DNA of 62,760 nt from a virus (lineage: Duplodnaviria; Caudoviricetes), in IMG/VR virus record IMGVR_UViG_3300044707_000497, positions 1 to 62,760 of that record. One strand, given 5' to 3'. Below the pieces are notes generated by a model that was not told the DNA's origin, did no database searches, and saw only the letters and a list, made by a program, of their open reading frames with translations. The position numbers were made by a program, and so were the translations under genes. Positions 18,639 through 28,529 of the stretch are shown in pieces (the stretch's first letter is position 1; each line of letters starts with the position of its first letter).

Positions 18639-21010
18639 AATACGAACTCTACCAATTCCAGCAAGACGCCGTAGAGGCGAATTTAAAAAGTCTTGACAGC
18701 AACGGAGCCTCGCTGGAGGCCACTGGATGCGGAGGCGGCAAGACAATCATTGCCTGCGAAGTGGCGAAGCGTTACGCACTACCAGTCGGAGTTGTGTGTC
18801 CAAAGAGCGTCAAAGCCAAGTGGCAAGCCACTCTGGAGGCGTTTGGGATTTCTCCAGTGTTCGTCGAGAACCCCGAAAAACTTCGCACAGGCAACACTCC
18901 TTGGATCAAAAAAGCAGGTAAGAATTTCAAATGGGTTCCCGAATCGCTCCTTCTCATCGTGGATGAAGTTCACATGTGCGCGGGGATGAAAAGCCAGAAC
19001 GGCCAAATGCTCGAAGACGCTCCCTACCGCGTGCTGATGCTCAGTGCCACAGCGGCAGAAAGCCCGCTGCGAATGAAAAGCATTGGAGCCAAGCTGGGGC
19101 TCTTTCATCCGCGCCAGTTCTGGAGTTGGGCGCGAAAGATGGGTGCTGAAAACGGGCAATGGGGTGGTCTGCAATGGGACCCGAAAACAGCCGACAACAA
19201 AGACCGCATGGAGCATTTGCACCATTCGATTTTCACCGCTCGCGGCAACCGGACGCCTGACGCGGTTCTGAGCGAACAACTCCCCGACCTCCTCCTCTCG
19301 GACGAGCCCATTTTCATTTCCCCGACCGATAAGACGGAGATTCAAAAGCTCTACGGCGAAATGGTTGATCCGAACGATCCAGGTGCGGTCAAGAACCTGC
19401 GGCAACGGCAAGCTATCGAACTCATCAAGGTTCCCTACCTCGTCGAGCGGGCCACGCAGATCGTGGAAGACGGCGGCAGTGCGGTCGTGTTTCTCAATTT
19501 CCATGAATCTATCGACGCGGCTTCCAAGCTGCTCGGCGAGATGAGCGAGACGATTGACGGGCGGGTTAAGCAAGAACATCGGCAACAAAGCCGCGACAAG
19601 TTTCAAGCAAACATTCTCCGCTGCCTTGTCGTGCAAATCGGCGCTGGGGGCCAATCCATCGACCTTCACGATGTCCACGGCAACGCGCCTCGCACGGCGC
19701 TCATCTGCCCGCAATTTAGCGGCACGGCGGAAGAGCAAGCTATCGGGCGCATCCGACGCTTTGGCGGCAAGAACCGCGCTCTCGCGCTCCGGCTCTACGC
19801 TCCAGGCACGGTCGAGCAAGCGGCTCTCCACCTCACGCGCCACAAACGCGAAAACCAAAACTTGTTTAACGAAGGAAAAATTATGACAGACGAACAACCA
19901 CGCGATGTGAAAGAAGTTTCACTCGCCGTAGTAGAACACAGCGAGAGAGAACACGCGGAGCATTCCCCGTCCTCTCTGAAAGAAAAAGCGAAATGCCCAG
20001 GCTTTCGTAATGACAACACCCGCGACACAACCGCAGCAGATCGAGGAACCCTAGGGCACCTCGCCGTTGAAAAGGAAAACCTCGATGTCATCCCCGCTGA
20101 TGATGAGTTTCTCCGCAAATGTGCGGGGCTTTGCTTGCAGTATCTCCGCACGTTGCGAGCCAAGTGCGAAGCGCCTATTGAGGATATTCGTGAGAGGCGC
20201 TACAAAGTCCTCGATCAGTTCGGGCACATAGACCACATCATGCTCCACGGAACGAGCGCCGAAATGGTGGACTACAAATTTGCTTGGGGGAAATATGAAG
20301 CAGATTCGCCTCAATTTTGGGCCTATGCCGTTGGAATATGGGACGCGCACCCCAAGATAAACAAGCTTTCTGTTCATGTGCTGCTTCCGTTCCAAGGCGT
20401 CATTGATGTCGTGGAGTGGACCCGCGAGGGGGATTACGACCGCCTCGTAGCTCAAGTTGCCGCCATCATCGAAGCCGCCAAGCGCAACGACCCTGCCTCA
20501 TATCTCACAGGCGGGCATTGTGCATGGTGCGACCACCGCGCCGAGTGTCACAAGCTCAACTCACTCGCGCTCACCATCGCCAGCAAATATCAGCCTGAAG
20601 AACTCGCGCTTCCACCGGAATACGACCCTGCGCTCATCACCGACCCAGAGAAGATGGCGTTGGCGAAACGCCTCTCGCCGATTCTCAAAGGATGGGCTGA
20701 AAAGGTGGACGCCCGCGCCCTAGAGTTGCGTTTGTCGGGAGTAGAAATCCCAGGTTACGAACTCGGAGAGCGAGCAAGCGCGTTTGAAATCACCGACGCG
20801 CAAGCCGCTTGGGAAGTCGTCAAAAACAAGATCACGCCGGAGGCTTTTGCTGCCTGCGCGAAATTGAAAATCGGCGAACTTGAAAAAGCAATCGCTCGCA
20901 CCGCAGAGCGAGGCCAGATGGCAAAGGCCAAACTTGCGCTTCGGGACTCATTGATTGACGCCAACGCGGCAAAAATTGAGGGCACTGTAAAATTCTTAAA
21001 AAAGATTTGA
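18635..21010 (+). CDS. SF2 helicase fused to a Cas4/DUF2800-like PD-(D/E)XK nuclease
   Basis: TGCGGGKT, DEVH, SAT, QAIGRIRR in the N-half; KCPG, GHID...VDYK, CAWCDHRAEC in the C-half; GTG at 18635. Confidence 0.85.
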   Translation: MKYELYQFQQDAVEANLKSLDSNGASLEATGCGGGKTIIACEVAKRYALPVGVVCPKSVKAKWQATLEAFGISPVFVENPEKLRTGNTPWIKKAGKNFKWVPESLLLIVDEVHMCAGMKSQNGQMLEDAPYRVLMLSATAAESPLRMKSIGAKLGLFHPRQFWSWARKMGAENGQWGGLQWDPKTADNKDRMEHLHHSIFTARGNRTPDAVLSEQLPDLLLSDEPIFISPTDKTEIQKLYGEMVDPNDPGAVKNLRQRQAIELIKVPYLVERATQIVEDGGSAVVFLNFHESIDAASKLLGEMSETIDGRVKQEHRQQSRDKFQANILRCLVVQIGAGGQSIDLHDVHGNAPRTALICPQFSGTAEEQAIGRIRRFGGKNRALALRLYAPGTVEQAALHLTRHKRENQNLFNEGKIMTDEQPRDVKEVSLAVVEHSEREHAEHSPSSLKEKAKCPGFRNDNTRDTTAADRGTLGHLAVEKENLDVIPADDEFLRKCAGLCLQYLRTLRAKCEAPIEDIRERRYKVLDQFGHIDHIMLHGTSAEMVDYKFAWGKYEADSPQFWAYAVGIWDAHPKINKLSVHVLLPFQGVIDVVEWTREGDYDRLVAQVAAIIEAAKRNDPASYLTGGHCAWCDHRAECHKLNSLALTIASKYQPEELALPPEYDPALITDPEKMALAKRLSPILKGWAEKVDARALELRLSGVEIPGYELGERASAFEITDAQAAWEVVKNKITPEAFAACAKLKIGELEKAIARTAERGQMAKAKLALRDSLIDANAAKIEGTVKFLKKI

Positions 21011-21034
21011 ACGGTGTAATAACCGTGCTGTCTA
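21007..21034 (+). promoter_or_regulatory. Candidate ECF-type promoter with TAATAACCGT box in the spacer
   Basis: TTGAAC-ggtgTAATAACCGTgct-GTCTA. Confidence 0.6.
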
Positions 21035-21076
21035 TTCCCACAACCCAGAACACAACAACAAACTAAAAATCCAAAA

Positions 21077-21838
21077 ATGGCTACAATATCATTCAGCGAA
21101 ATCGAAACCACCACCACCGAGTCCAAAGCACTCACCACAACAGAGCCTAACACGCTCGCCAACATCGCAACCCCCAACACTCTTGCAGACAAGGGGCTCG
21201 TCGGGGATTGGGACAGCAGCGACACACGCCTGCCACGCATCAACCTTGTCAATAAGACAGGTGTCTTGGCCGACCAGTTCAGTCCTGGCACTTGGGTCCT
21301 AGACAAGCAGCACCAAATCTCAAAGCTCGACCCGAAGGACAAAAAGAAGGGGCTCCCCGTCCGCGTGATCGCGCTTCAGATGATGAAGCAGTATCAAGAA
21401 AACATTCCTTACGACGACAGGGAACAAAACCCTGCTCGCATGTTCTCAACGGCGGCGCAGGTGCGTGAGGCAGGCGGTCAAGTTCATTGGACACGCGGCA
21501 TCGGGTTCTTCTCGGAGATGGCAACGGTCGAGTTTCTGATTCAGGCAATCGACGGACTCTCAGAGGACAGCGAGAGCTTGTTCTACAACGTCGCGAGCGA
21601 CGGCACAAAATACACCCGCGCTGTGGCAACATTCGCCAGCACTTCCTACAGCGGAATCGCCGTGCCACTCGCAACAAGTCTCCGCACTCACCTCGCTGCC
21701 GTGGGGCTCAAAGGCGGGCAGTGGGACTTGGGCAGCGTGATTGTGACCAAGGCCGACAAATCGTGGTGGACACCAACGATTCGGACGGCTGGGCTCGTCA
21801 CCGAGGCTCAGAAGGAACTTATCGCTAACCTCGCTTAA
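21077..21838 (+). CDS. Probable single-stranded DNA-binding protein
   Basis: DTRLPRINLV motif; position between nuclease and Pol A; followed by a terminator. Confidence 0.55.
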   Translation: MATISFSEIETTTTESKALTTTEPNTLANIATPNTLADKGLVGDWDSSDTRLPRINLVNKTGVLADQFSPGTWVLDKQHQISKLDPKDKKKGLPVRVIALQMMKQYQENIPYDDREQNPARMFSTAAQVREAGGQVHWTRGIGFFSEMATVEFLIQAIDGLSEDSESLFYNVASDGTKYTRAVATFASTSYSGIAVPLATSLRTHLAAVGLKGGQWDLGSVIVTKADKSWWTPTIRTAGLVTEAQKELIANLA

Positions 21839-21844
21839 CAAATT

Positions 21845-21905
21845 GGGTTGCAGGGGAGTAACCGTCGCTTGGGTATCTATGTAGCCCCTGCAACCCACCC
21901 TTTTT
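21845..21905 (+). terminator. Hairpin terminator with a large loop
   Basis: GGGTTGCAGGGG...CCCCTGCAACCC followed by a T-run. Confidence 0.65.
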
Positions 21906-23654
21906 ATGATCTGTGCTATCGACTTTGAATCTTACTACGACAATGACCTATCCGTCTCCACGATGGGAGCTTGGCACTACGCTAGAGCCACCGATATTTA
22001 TCTTGTATCAATGGCTTCCGATACTGGACTCAGATTTGTCGGGCACCCGAAAGATGCTCCGTGGGAACAGGTTCACGGGGAGACTTGGATCATGCACAAT
22101 GCGGCGTTCGATTTGACGCTCCTCGACGCACTAATTGAGAAAGCCATTGTCCCTTTCTCGTATGCACATCATGTCTTTGACACCGCTGACATGACCGCCT
22201 ACTTCGGATACCCTCGCTCGCTTAAAGAGGCGAGTCATCACCTTCTCGGAGTCGAAATGTCGAAAGATGTTCGCGACAAGATGAAAAAGAAGCAGTGGGC
22301 GACCATGACGCCCGAATTTCAAGAGGAAGTTTGCAAATATGCCCTTGGAGACGCTGAAAACACACTAAATTTGTGGTTGAAACACGGGGAAAAGTGGCCG
22401 GAGAAGGAGAGGGAAATATCACGCCTCACTCGCGATATGACAATGCGAGGAGTTCCAGTCAACCGCGAAAAACTCCGAGTCGCCGAAGAAATTTTAGAAC
22501 GCGCCTCGCGGTTTACCCTCGGTTTCCTGCCGTGGCACCCTTCGAGGCCCGCTCTAAGCCTTCATGCTGTGCGCGACGAGTGCAAAAAATGCGGGATTTG
22601 GGCTCCAGACAGCTTCGCGGAGAAGGAAGAGCAAGCTCAGAAGTGGGAAGATGAGTTTGCAGACAAGTTTCAATGGGTTAAAGCGATGCGGGAACACCGC
22701 AAAGCCAACAAACACCTAAAAACCGTAAAAACTATGCTCACCCGCGCCCGTCCAGACGGTCGAATGGGCTACGATCTCAAGTATTTCGGCGCTACCACTG
22801 GACGAGACTCAGGTTCAGGCGGCTGGAACGCTCAAAACCTGCCGCGTGATGTCGTCGCTGGGGTCAATATCCGCTCCTTAATTGAAGCGCCAGAAGGAAA
22901 AACGCTCGTCGTCTGCGATCTTTCACAAATCGAGGCGCGTTGCATACTTTATCTCGCCAAAGATCAAGCCACGCTTGATGTTCTCCGCACCGGAGTCGAT
23001 GTTTACGAAGCTCATGCGAGGGCGACAATGGGCTACACAGACCCCCGCCCCCTCAAAGATGTCGATAAAGCATTACGCCAACTGGCAAAAGCTCGCGTTC
23101 TAGGGCTGGGATTCGGCTGCGGAGCAAAAAAATTTCAGTTAGTCGCGAAAATGATGGCAGGGTTAGAGATTTCAGAGGATGAAGCCGAGCGCATCGTGGC
23201 TGATTATCGGGCGTCCAACCCTGCAATCGTCCGGCTGTGGCTGAGACTTGAACAAAAGCTCAGGGAATCCCGAGGGTCACACTTAGAGGTAGAGCTTCCC
23301 AATCTCCGCAGGCTCATTTACCGAGATGTTCAGGGCGGCTTTGATTCAAGTGGCACCGTCCCGCGTAACGGTAAAATGATGCGCTGCAAACTTTACGGCG
23401 GGCTGTTAGCTGAGAATCTTACTCAGGCTTTCGCCCGCGACATCTTCATGGATCGCGTAGTCGCTCTCAATACTAAAGGTTACGAGGTCATCATGCGGGT
23501 TCACGACGAAGCGGTCTGTTTAGTCGAGGAGGATGAGGCATCTGCGGAAGAATCGCGTAAGGACATCGAAGCTATTATGTCCACGCCGCCTGAATGGTGC
23601 AAGAACCTCCCAATGGGCGCGGAAGCCACGGTCATGCGATACTATGCCAAATAA
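21906..23654 (+). CDS. polA: DNA polymerase family A with 3'-5' exonuclease
   Basis: IDFES, HNAAFD, YALGD; DLSQIEAR, RQLAKARVLGLGFG, VHDE. Confidence 0.95.
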   Translation: MICAIDFESYYDNDLSVSTMGAWHYARATDIYLVSMASDTGLRFVGHPKDAPWEQVHGETWIMHNAAFDLTLLDALIEKAIVPFSYAHHVFDTADMTAYFGYPRSLKEASHHLLGVEMSKDVRDKMKKKQWATMTPEFQEEVCKYALGDAENTLNLWLKHGEKWPEKEREISRLTRDMTMRGVPVNREKLRVAEEILERASRFTLGFLPWHPSRPALSLHAVRDECKKCGIWAPDSFAEKEEQAQKWEDEFADKFQWVKAMREHRKANKHLKTVKTMLTRARPDGRMGYDLKYFGATTGRDSGSGGWNAQNLPRDVVAGVNIRSLIEAPEGKTLVVCDLSQIEARCILYLAKDQATLDVLRTGVDVYEAHARATMGYTDPRPLKDVDKALRQLAKARVLGLGFGCGAKKFQLVAKMMAGLEISEDEAERIVADYRASNPAIVRLWLRLEQKLRESRGSHLEVELPNLRRLIYRDVQGGFDSSGTVPRNGKMMRCKLYGGLLAENLTQAFARDIFMDRVVALNTKGYEVIMRVHDEAVCLVEEDEASAEESRKDIEAIMSTPPEWCKNLPMGAEATVMRYYAK

Positions 23655-23967
23655 TAGCCATGAAGAGTTGGACATGCTCGGCGTTCGCTCAGTTCTGTGC
23701 GCGATCATTGAGCAATCCATTGTTCAGGCGAGATCGCGGAGCGCCGTAATCCGAGGCGAGGCGCTAAGTTTTTTGCATAGCAAGACCTATGAGGGTATTT
23801 GCTACGCGCTAGATTTACCCGCAGACAATTTAAGACAAGCAGCTTATGACACAAGACATAATAAGAGTAAGAAACGGAAAAGGAGACAAGCCCCGCAAGG
23901 GGGTCAATTACGGGAAGTATCGAGAAAACTACGACCTGATATTCAAGAAGAAGGATACGAACAATGA
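23644..23967 (+). CDS. Hypothetical protein
   Basis: ATG at 23644 overlaps the pol end and the stop overlaps the primase start. Confidence 0.6.
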   Translation: MPNNSHEELDMLGVRSVLCAIIEQSIVQARSRSAVIRGEALSFLHSKTYEGICYALDLPADNLRQAAYDTRHNKSKKRKRRQAPQGGQLREVSRKLRPDIQEEGYEQ

Positions 23968-24887
23968 CGCTCAAAAGCCCAAGTGAGTTCGGGATCGCAG
24001 AATGCCCCGAGGCGGGCGAGGGTTGCCACCGCTGGCTCATGTCGGCAGTGAACGCCCTGATCCGAAACGAGATCGAAGAAGACGAAATCATCGACCTCGT
24101 TACAGAGTGGATGACGCGCCCACCGCAGCCTAGCGAGATTGAGAACACGATCAGGAGGGCAACGCAGGGTGCAGCCCCAAGTGGAGAATACATACCCAAA
24201 TTCCTACCTGACCCAACCGGAATCGAGCGGCTTACCGCCAAAGGCCCAACCAGCTTTGAGGAGATCAAGGCTCTGAGCCCGATTGACCCCGACTGGATTT
24301 CGACCACCGGAGCCCTCCGTGCCCTCTACGGGGCTAACGAAAAAACTATTATCTTCACGAACGAGCGCAGTCAAGGGCAGATCGTTTGGAACCATGCAAC
24401 ACCGCAGGAGTATCTTGACCGCCTACTCCAGCACAACCAAAACGGCGCTTGGTTCCTTATGAACCCTGTGACCGGACTATACCAGAAAAACGAACGACTT
24501 GGAAAAGCCTCCCGCCGCTCCGAAGAAAACACAACCTCATTCAAATACCTGCTCGTTGAGAGCGACAACACTGAAATAAACCTATGGCTCACGATCCTGA
24601 AGCAACTCCCACTCCGAATCTCGTCTATAACCTTGTCGGGGAACTCGTCGGCGCATGCCCTAGTTCAAGTGGGAGCGGCGACAAAGGAGGAGTGGACGAG
24701 GTGTGCGAGGGACATAGCAGCGATGGTAGTCCCACTGGGAGCGTGCCCAGGGAGCCTGACAGCAGTGAGGTTGACGAGGTTGCCCAAGGTGACGAGGAAG
24801 GACAACGGGAAGGAACAGAGCCTCATCTATCTGAACCCGAAGCCCTCGCTGCTGCCGCTAGAGCTTTTACCCAAGCGAACGGCATAG
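23964..24887 (+). CDS. Primase (AEP/RepB'-like)
   Basis: YLLVESD, SGNSSAHAL and RLTRLP motifs. Confidence 0.8.
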   Translation: MTLKSPSEFGIAECPEAGEGCHRWLMSAVNALIRNEIEEDEIIDLVTEWMTRPPQPSEIENTIRRATQGAAPSGEYIPKFLPDPTGIERLTAKGPTSFEEIKALSPIDPDWISTTGALRALYGANEKTIIFTNERSQGQIVWNHATPQEYLDRLLQHNQNGAWFLMNPVTGLYQKNERLGKASRRSEENTTSFKYLLVESDNTEINLWLTILKQLPLRISSITLSGNSSAHALVQVGAATKEEWTRCARDIAAMVVPLGACPGSLTAVRLTRLPKVTRKDNGKEQSLIYLNPKPSLLPLELLPKRTA

Positions 24888-26236
24888 GCTCGGTTCTCGA
24901 CCCCGCCAGCTTTCAAGACTTCGCATTCGACGGCAAGAACTTCTACGACAAGGCCGAGGACGGCTGGTGGAGGCCCCTTGCATCCAGCATGGTTCATGTG
25001 GAACTCAAGGGTCGAGGTCTAAGCGCCAAAGCAGCAAAGGGTCAAGTCGCCTCGCAGATTGACATCGCGCTGCGGACGATCCTGAAAAGTCGCCGCGTTG
25101 ATGGCGCGGCTCCGTTCCTCTACCACAAGGAAGACATTGTGGATAAAAGCGGTCGCAAGTTTCTCAACATGAGCATGGTAAAAGCCATGCTGCCCGCCGA
25201 AAGCGCAGGGGCTTGGGGAGAAAAATTCCCGATCATCGCGCAGGTTTACGATAATGTCTTTGCGTCAGACCTATACAGAAACTTGTTTCTAGCTTGGTTC
25301 AAACGCTTCTACTCCACGGCACTTGCCGGAGACCCCGCCCTAGGACAAATTTTAGCTCTTGTTGGGCCGGTTCACTGCTACAAAAGTTGGACGATCCATA
25401 AGGTTCTCAAGCCTGCGATGGGCGGGTTTGCCGACATGAGCAATATGGCTGCGGGACAGTCAGGCGGGTTCAATGCCGAGGTGTTCAGAGCGCCACTGGC
25501 AGTAATCGACGACAGCCAAGGGGCAAGCTCCGAGGACAAGCGCCTCGCCTACGCCAGTGCCCTCAAGAAGCTCGTCGCTCACGGCAGCCACATGTATCAC
25601 GAAAAATACCTGACACCTACAGAAGTCGAGTGGAAGGGACGAGTGGTGCTGGCGCTTAACGACGACCCCGTCTCAATCCGCCTCATGCCGACGATGGAAC
25701 TCTCCAACGCGGACAAAATCGTAGGCGTTTACTTGAAAACATGGGCCGATCACCCGCCTTCCGATGTCTTTGACAACCTTGAAAATACGGAACTCCCGCA
25801 CTTCCTTGCATGGTTACTCAACTGGGAGCCGCCAGAGGATGTTGTTGATAGACGCGGGCGCTATGGAATCCGCGCCATTGTCGCCGATGAGATCAAGGAA
25901 AAGCAGTTCCAGTCCTCCACCACAGGGGCTACCCATGAAAAACTCAACGAGTGGTGGGCGCGTAGAACTGCCGACGATAGAGCAAAACCCTTTATAGGAA
26001 CAGCTTCGGCTTTGCTTGATGAACTCGGGGCGTGTTTCCGAAACAGCCCAGAACAACTTCGCGGGCTCACGCAAATCATACTCTCATCAAAGCTGCGTGA
26101 ACTCGCGGCCAAGGGAGACATGGGGGTAGAGGTCGTTCCGAAGTCCCCACTCTCAAAGAAATCTCTCAAATTTAAAATCTTCATGCCTTGGGTCGATGCA
26201 CCTGAGCCTGTGGTATTTGCTCCTATGAAAGAGTAA
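24584..26236 (+). CDS. Primase-associated helicase (SF3/DUF5906-like NTPase)
   Basis: LVGPVHCYKS (variant Walker A), FNAEV...AVIDD, VLALND; start uncertain (ATG 24584 or GTG 24701). Confidence 0.78.
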   Translation: MAHDPEATPTPNLVYNLVGELVGACPSSSGSGDKGGVDEVCEGHSSDGSPTGSVPREPDSSEVDEVAQGDEEGQREGTEPHLSEPEALAAAARAFTQANGIGSVLDPASFQDFAFDGKNFYDKAEDGWWRPLASSMVHVELKGRGLSAKAAKGQVASQIDIALRTILKSRRVDGAAPFLYHKEDIVDKSGRKFLNMSMVKAMLPAESAGAWGEKFPIIAQVYDNVFASDLYRNLFLAWFKRFYSTALAGDPALGQILALVGPVHCYKSWTIHKVLKPAMGGFADMSNMAAGQSGGFNAEVFRAPLAVIDDSQGASSEDKRLAYASALKKLVAHGSHMYHEKYLTPTEVEWKGRVVLALNDDPVSIRLMPTMELSNADKIVGVYLKTWADHPPSDVFDNLENTELPHFLAWLLNWEPPEDVVDRRGRYGIRAIVADEIKEKQFQSSTTGATHEKLNEWWARRTADDRAKPFIGTASALLDELGACFRNSPEQLRGLTQIILSSKLRELAAKGDMGVEVVPKSPLSKKSLKFKIFMPWVDAPEPVVFAPMKE

Positions 26237-26253
26237 TAACCGTGAAATTTGGA

Positions 26254-26357
26254 TAAGCCGTGAGTGTCCTGGTCAAGGTGCAGTCGTTTGGTTTGGTTGG
26301 CTGATACCTTTTTCATCACGCAAGCCCGCCGCGTGTGGCCTAACCACGGAAGGCGGG
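26254..26357 (+). ncRNA. Pseudoknotted structured RNA motif, copy 1
   Basis: TAAGCCGTGAGTG...CACGC-aa-GCCCGCC-GCGTG...AACCACGGAAGGCGGGC; homologous to 44443-44522 with stem covariation. Confidence 0.65.
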
Positions 26358-26365
26358 CACCTTTT

Positions 26366-26393
26366 TTGAACATCCACAACCCCACATTGTCAG
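26366..26393 (+). promoter_or_regulatory. Candidate ECF-type promoter upstream of the operon containing the sigma gene
   Basis: TTGAAC-N17-GTCAG followed by TAATAACCTC. Confidence 0.5.
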
Positions 26394-26410
26394 TAATAAC
26401 CTCGCAACCT

Positions 26411-26680
26411 ATGCAACAAGAACAACTCGAACTCTTCAACGGCTCAGACTACGAACCGTGCCGAGACAGCGTAAGGCTTTCAGCCCAGCACAATAGAATT
26501 AAAAACCTCATGCTCGACGGGCAAGCCCGCACGCTCGGGCAGATCGCCGAAGTCACCGGAGACCCCGAAGCAAGCATCTCGGCTCAACTGCGACACATGA
26601 GAAAAGAACGCTTCGGGGCTTACACCGTAAGCAAAAACCATTTAGGAAACGGACTTTATACTTACAAAGTAACAAAATGA
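26411..26680 (+). CDS. Winged-HTH protein
   Basis: RTLGQIAEVTGDPEASISAQLRHMRK; ATG at 26411. Confidence 0.75.
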   Translation: MQQEQLELFNGSDYEPCRDSVRLSAQHNRIKNLMLDGQARTLGQIAEVTGDPEASISAQLRHMRKERFGAYTVSKNHLGNGLYTYKVTK

Positions 26681-26925
26681 GACCTATAACTGAAGCAATG
26701 CAGGAGAGCGAAAGAACAATAATCGTAGAGAAGCGGTTGCTCACCCAGCTGCAAAAATTAGCAGCCAAGAACATGAGAGTTAGGCGTCTCGCTAAAAGGA
26801 TAACAATGCGAGGGGCTGCTAAGATGCTTGGGATCAGTGCTTCACACTACTCGGACATCGAGAACGGACACCGCAACCTGAGCGTCAAACTCGCAATCAA
26901 GGCCGACAAATCATTCTGGGTATGA
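26677..26925 (+). CDS. XRE/Cro-like HTH regulator
   Basis: RRLAKRITMRGAAKMLGISASHYSDIENG. Confidence 0.85.
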   Translation: MRPITEAMQESERTIIVEKRLLTQLQKLAAKNMRVRRLAKRITMRGAAKMLGISASHYSDIENGHRNLSVKLAIKADKSFWV

Positions 26926-27110
26926 ATAAAGACTACCCCAACTGGGCATGCTGGGACTGCGGAACCAAGCACGGCGCGAACAAGAAACAAGACCGCGTAT
27001 CAACTTGGCACTACGGCAAATGTGATGTCTGTGACGAGAACAAGAACGTAACTGAACCTAGGGACTACGGGCACTTCCCTAACTGGTTCAAGGAGAAAGG
27101 AAATAAATGA
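26922..27110 (+). CDS. Small zinc-finger protein
   Basis: CWDC...CDVC. Confidence 0.7.
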   Translation: MNKDYPNWACWDCGTKHGANKKQDRVSTWHYGKCDVCDENKNVTEPRDYGHFPNWFKEKGNK

Positions 27111-27529
27111 AAATTGAAGTAACCAACGGCGTTGAAACCCCCGTAACGAAGTTTTTTTCCACTACGCCACAGACAGATGCCGCCATCAAAGCTCAAGCGG
27201 AATGGAGAAGGCCATTTATATCCTACACAATGAATGGCGTTACATGGGATGGGCCGGTTGCTGATTTGTGTCGAAGACTGGAACGCGAGCGCGACGAGTG
27301 GCGCAATAAATTTGATCTATCTGTTGATGCCGTCGAAATAGCTGCATGTTTAGCGCGAGCCGAAAGCGAGCGCGACGAAGCGCGTAAGCACTGCGAGTCC
27401 ATTGTCGATAAAGCCAAGGAACTCATCGCCCGATGGGACCAGCCATCATGGAAAGACACCGCTCCGACTGCAAGGTTCATTAACGCTTTGCGTATTGCCG
27501 TGAGAGCCTACGAGGAGAGACTGAAATGA
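27107..27529 (+). CDS. Hypothetical coiled-coil protein
   Basis: LERERDE repeats; coupled overlaps. Confidence 0.65.
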   Translation: MKIEVTNGVETPVTKFFSTTPQTDAAIKAQAEWRRPFISYTMNGVTWDGPVADLCRRLERERDEWRNKFDLSVDAVEIAACLARAESERDEARKHCESIVDKAKELIARWDQPSWKDTAPTARFINALRIAVRAYEERLK

Positions 27530-27780
27530 AAATATACCTATTATCCAGCGGCCTAATTGGTAACGGGAGCGCCGCGCCTGAAGCCGCCTTCACAACCAAA
27601 AAGGCGATGCTGGCCTACATCAAGAAAGAATACCCCGACGCGAGGGGCACAAACCGAATGGAGAAGGACGAACTTTACTGGGAATACGAATTGGGCTGGG
27701 TCATGGCAGAAAAAATACCCTTCTTTTCTGACATACAAGAGAAAATTGAAGCAATGAATCAAAGACTCAGGGAGCCATGA
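27526..27780 (+). CDS. Hypothetical protein
   Basis: ATGA overlaps on both sides. Confidence 0.65.
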   Translation: MKIYLLSSGLIGNGSAAPEAAFTTKKAMLAYIKKEYPDARGTNRMEKDELYWEYELGWVMAEKIPFFSDIQEKIEAMNQRLREP

Positions 27781-27974
27781 AGCTACCAGAGTCGTGTCAG
27801 AGGAAAAAGCGGTATTCCGAACTCTTAACCGCCCGAAGACAAGCTACGAAGGCATGGGTTTTCGATGGGACACCGCTTTGGCCTTACCGCTGTAGGTTTT
27901 GCATGGAATGGCATCTCACCTCGCAGTCCCCCGACAAGCAACTTAAGAACGGCTACAACACGATACTGAAATGA
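27777..27974 (+). CDS. Small zinc-binding protein
   Basis: CQRKKRY...YRCRFCMEWHLTS. Confidence 0.7.
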   Translation: MKLPESCQRKKRYSELLTARRQATKAWVFDGTPLWPYRCRFCMEWHLTSQSPDKQLKNGYNTILK

Positions 27975-28465
27975 CAGAGGAAGAATTTAACCAAGCCGTC
28001 GCCGACAATTTTGCGAAGCTGGTGAGGACCGCCGAGGCAGTCCTAGGGTGCCACGATTCCGCCAAGGATTCGGTGCAGCAAGCGGTCATCCGAGTTTGGA
28101 AGAATATCGCCACTTTTGATCCGAAGAAGGGAGCCTTTGTAACACTGCTGCATGTCGCGGTGAAGCGCCAAGCCATAAGCCATCAAATCTCGCGCAAGCG
28201 TAGGCTTACGGCTATGGAACGCTTCTGGGTAGATATTATCCCCGAGCGCCCGAGGAAGGCCGACCCACGCTTGCAAGGTTTGATGGACGCCTTGGACGAG
28301 TTGCCCGAGAAGAAACAGGCGCTCCTTCGGGAACACTTCTTCGAGGGCAAGACCGTAGCGGAAATCGCCGAAGAGATGGGGCTGTCGCGAGCCGCCACGG
28401 GCGCACGGATCAAGACTCTCAAAGGGGCGCTGAAGCGGCAGTATAGAAAAAAGATACGCACATAA
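27971..28465 (+). CDS. ECF-type RNA polymerase sigma factor
   Basis: Region 2 (AKDSVQQAVIRVWKNIATFD...F) and region 4 (LDELPEKKQ...EGKTVAEIAEEMGLS). Confidence 0.88.
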   Translation: MTEEEFNQAVADNFAKLVRTAEAVLGCHDSAKDSVQQAVIRVWKNIATFDPKKGAFVTLLHVAVKRQAISHQISRKRRLTAMERFWVDIIPERPRKADPRLQGLMDALDELPEKKQALLREHFFEGKTVAEIAEEMGLSRAATGARIKTLKGALKRQYRKKIRT

Positions 28466-28494
28466 CGGCGCTACGCCAGATATGCGTATAGAAT

Positions 28495-28524
28495 AACCCT
28501 CGGTAGTGGTGCCGAGGGTTTTTT
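28495..28524 (+). terminator. Rho-independent terminator
   Basis: AACCCTCGGTA-GTGG-TGCCGAGGGTT followed by TTTT. Confidence 0.85.
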
Positions 28525-28529
28525 CTTGC

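Noticed and set aside
24855-24887. Canonical -1 slippery site joining primase and helicase
   Set aside because: CTT TTA CCC is not an X XXY YYZ heptamer; independent initiation is at least as plausible.
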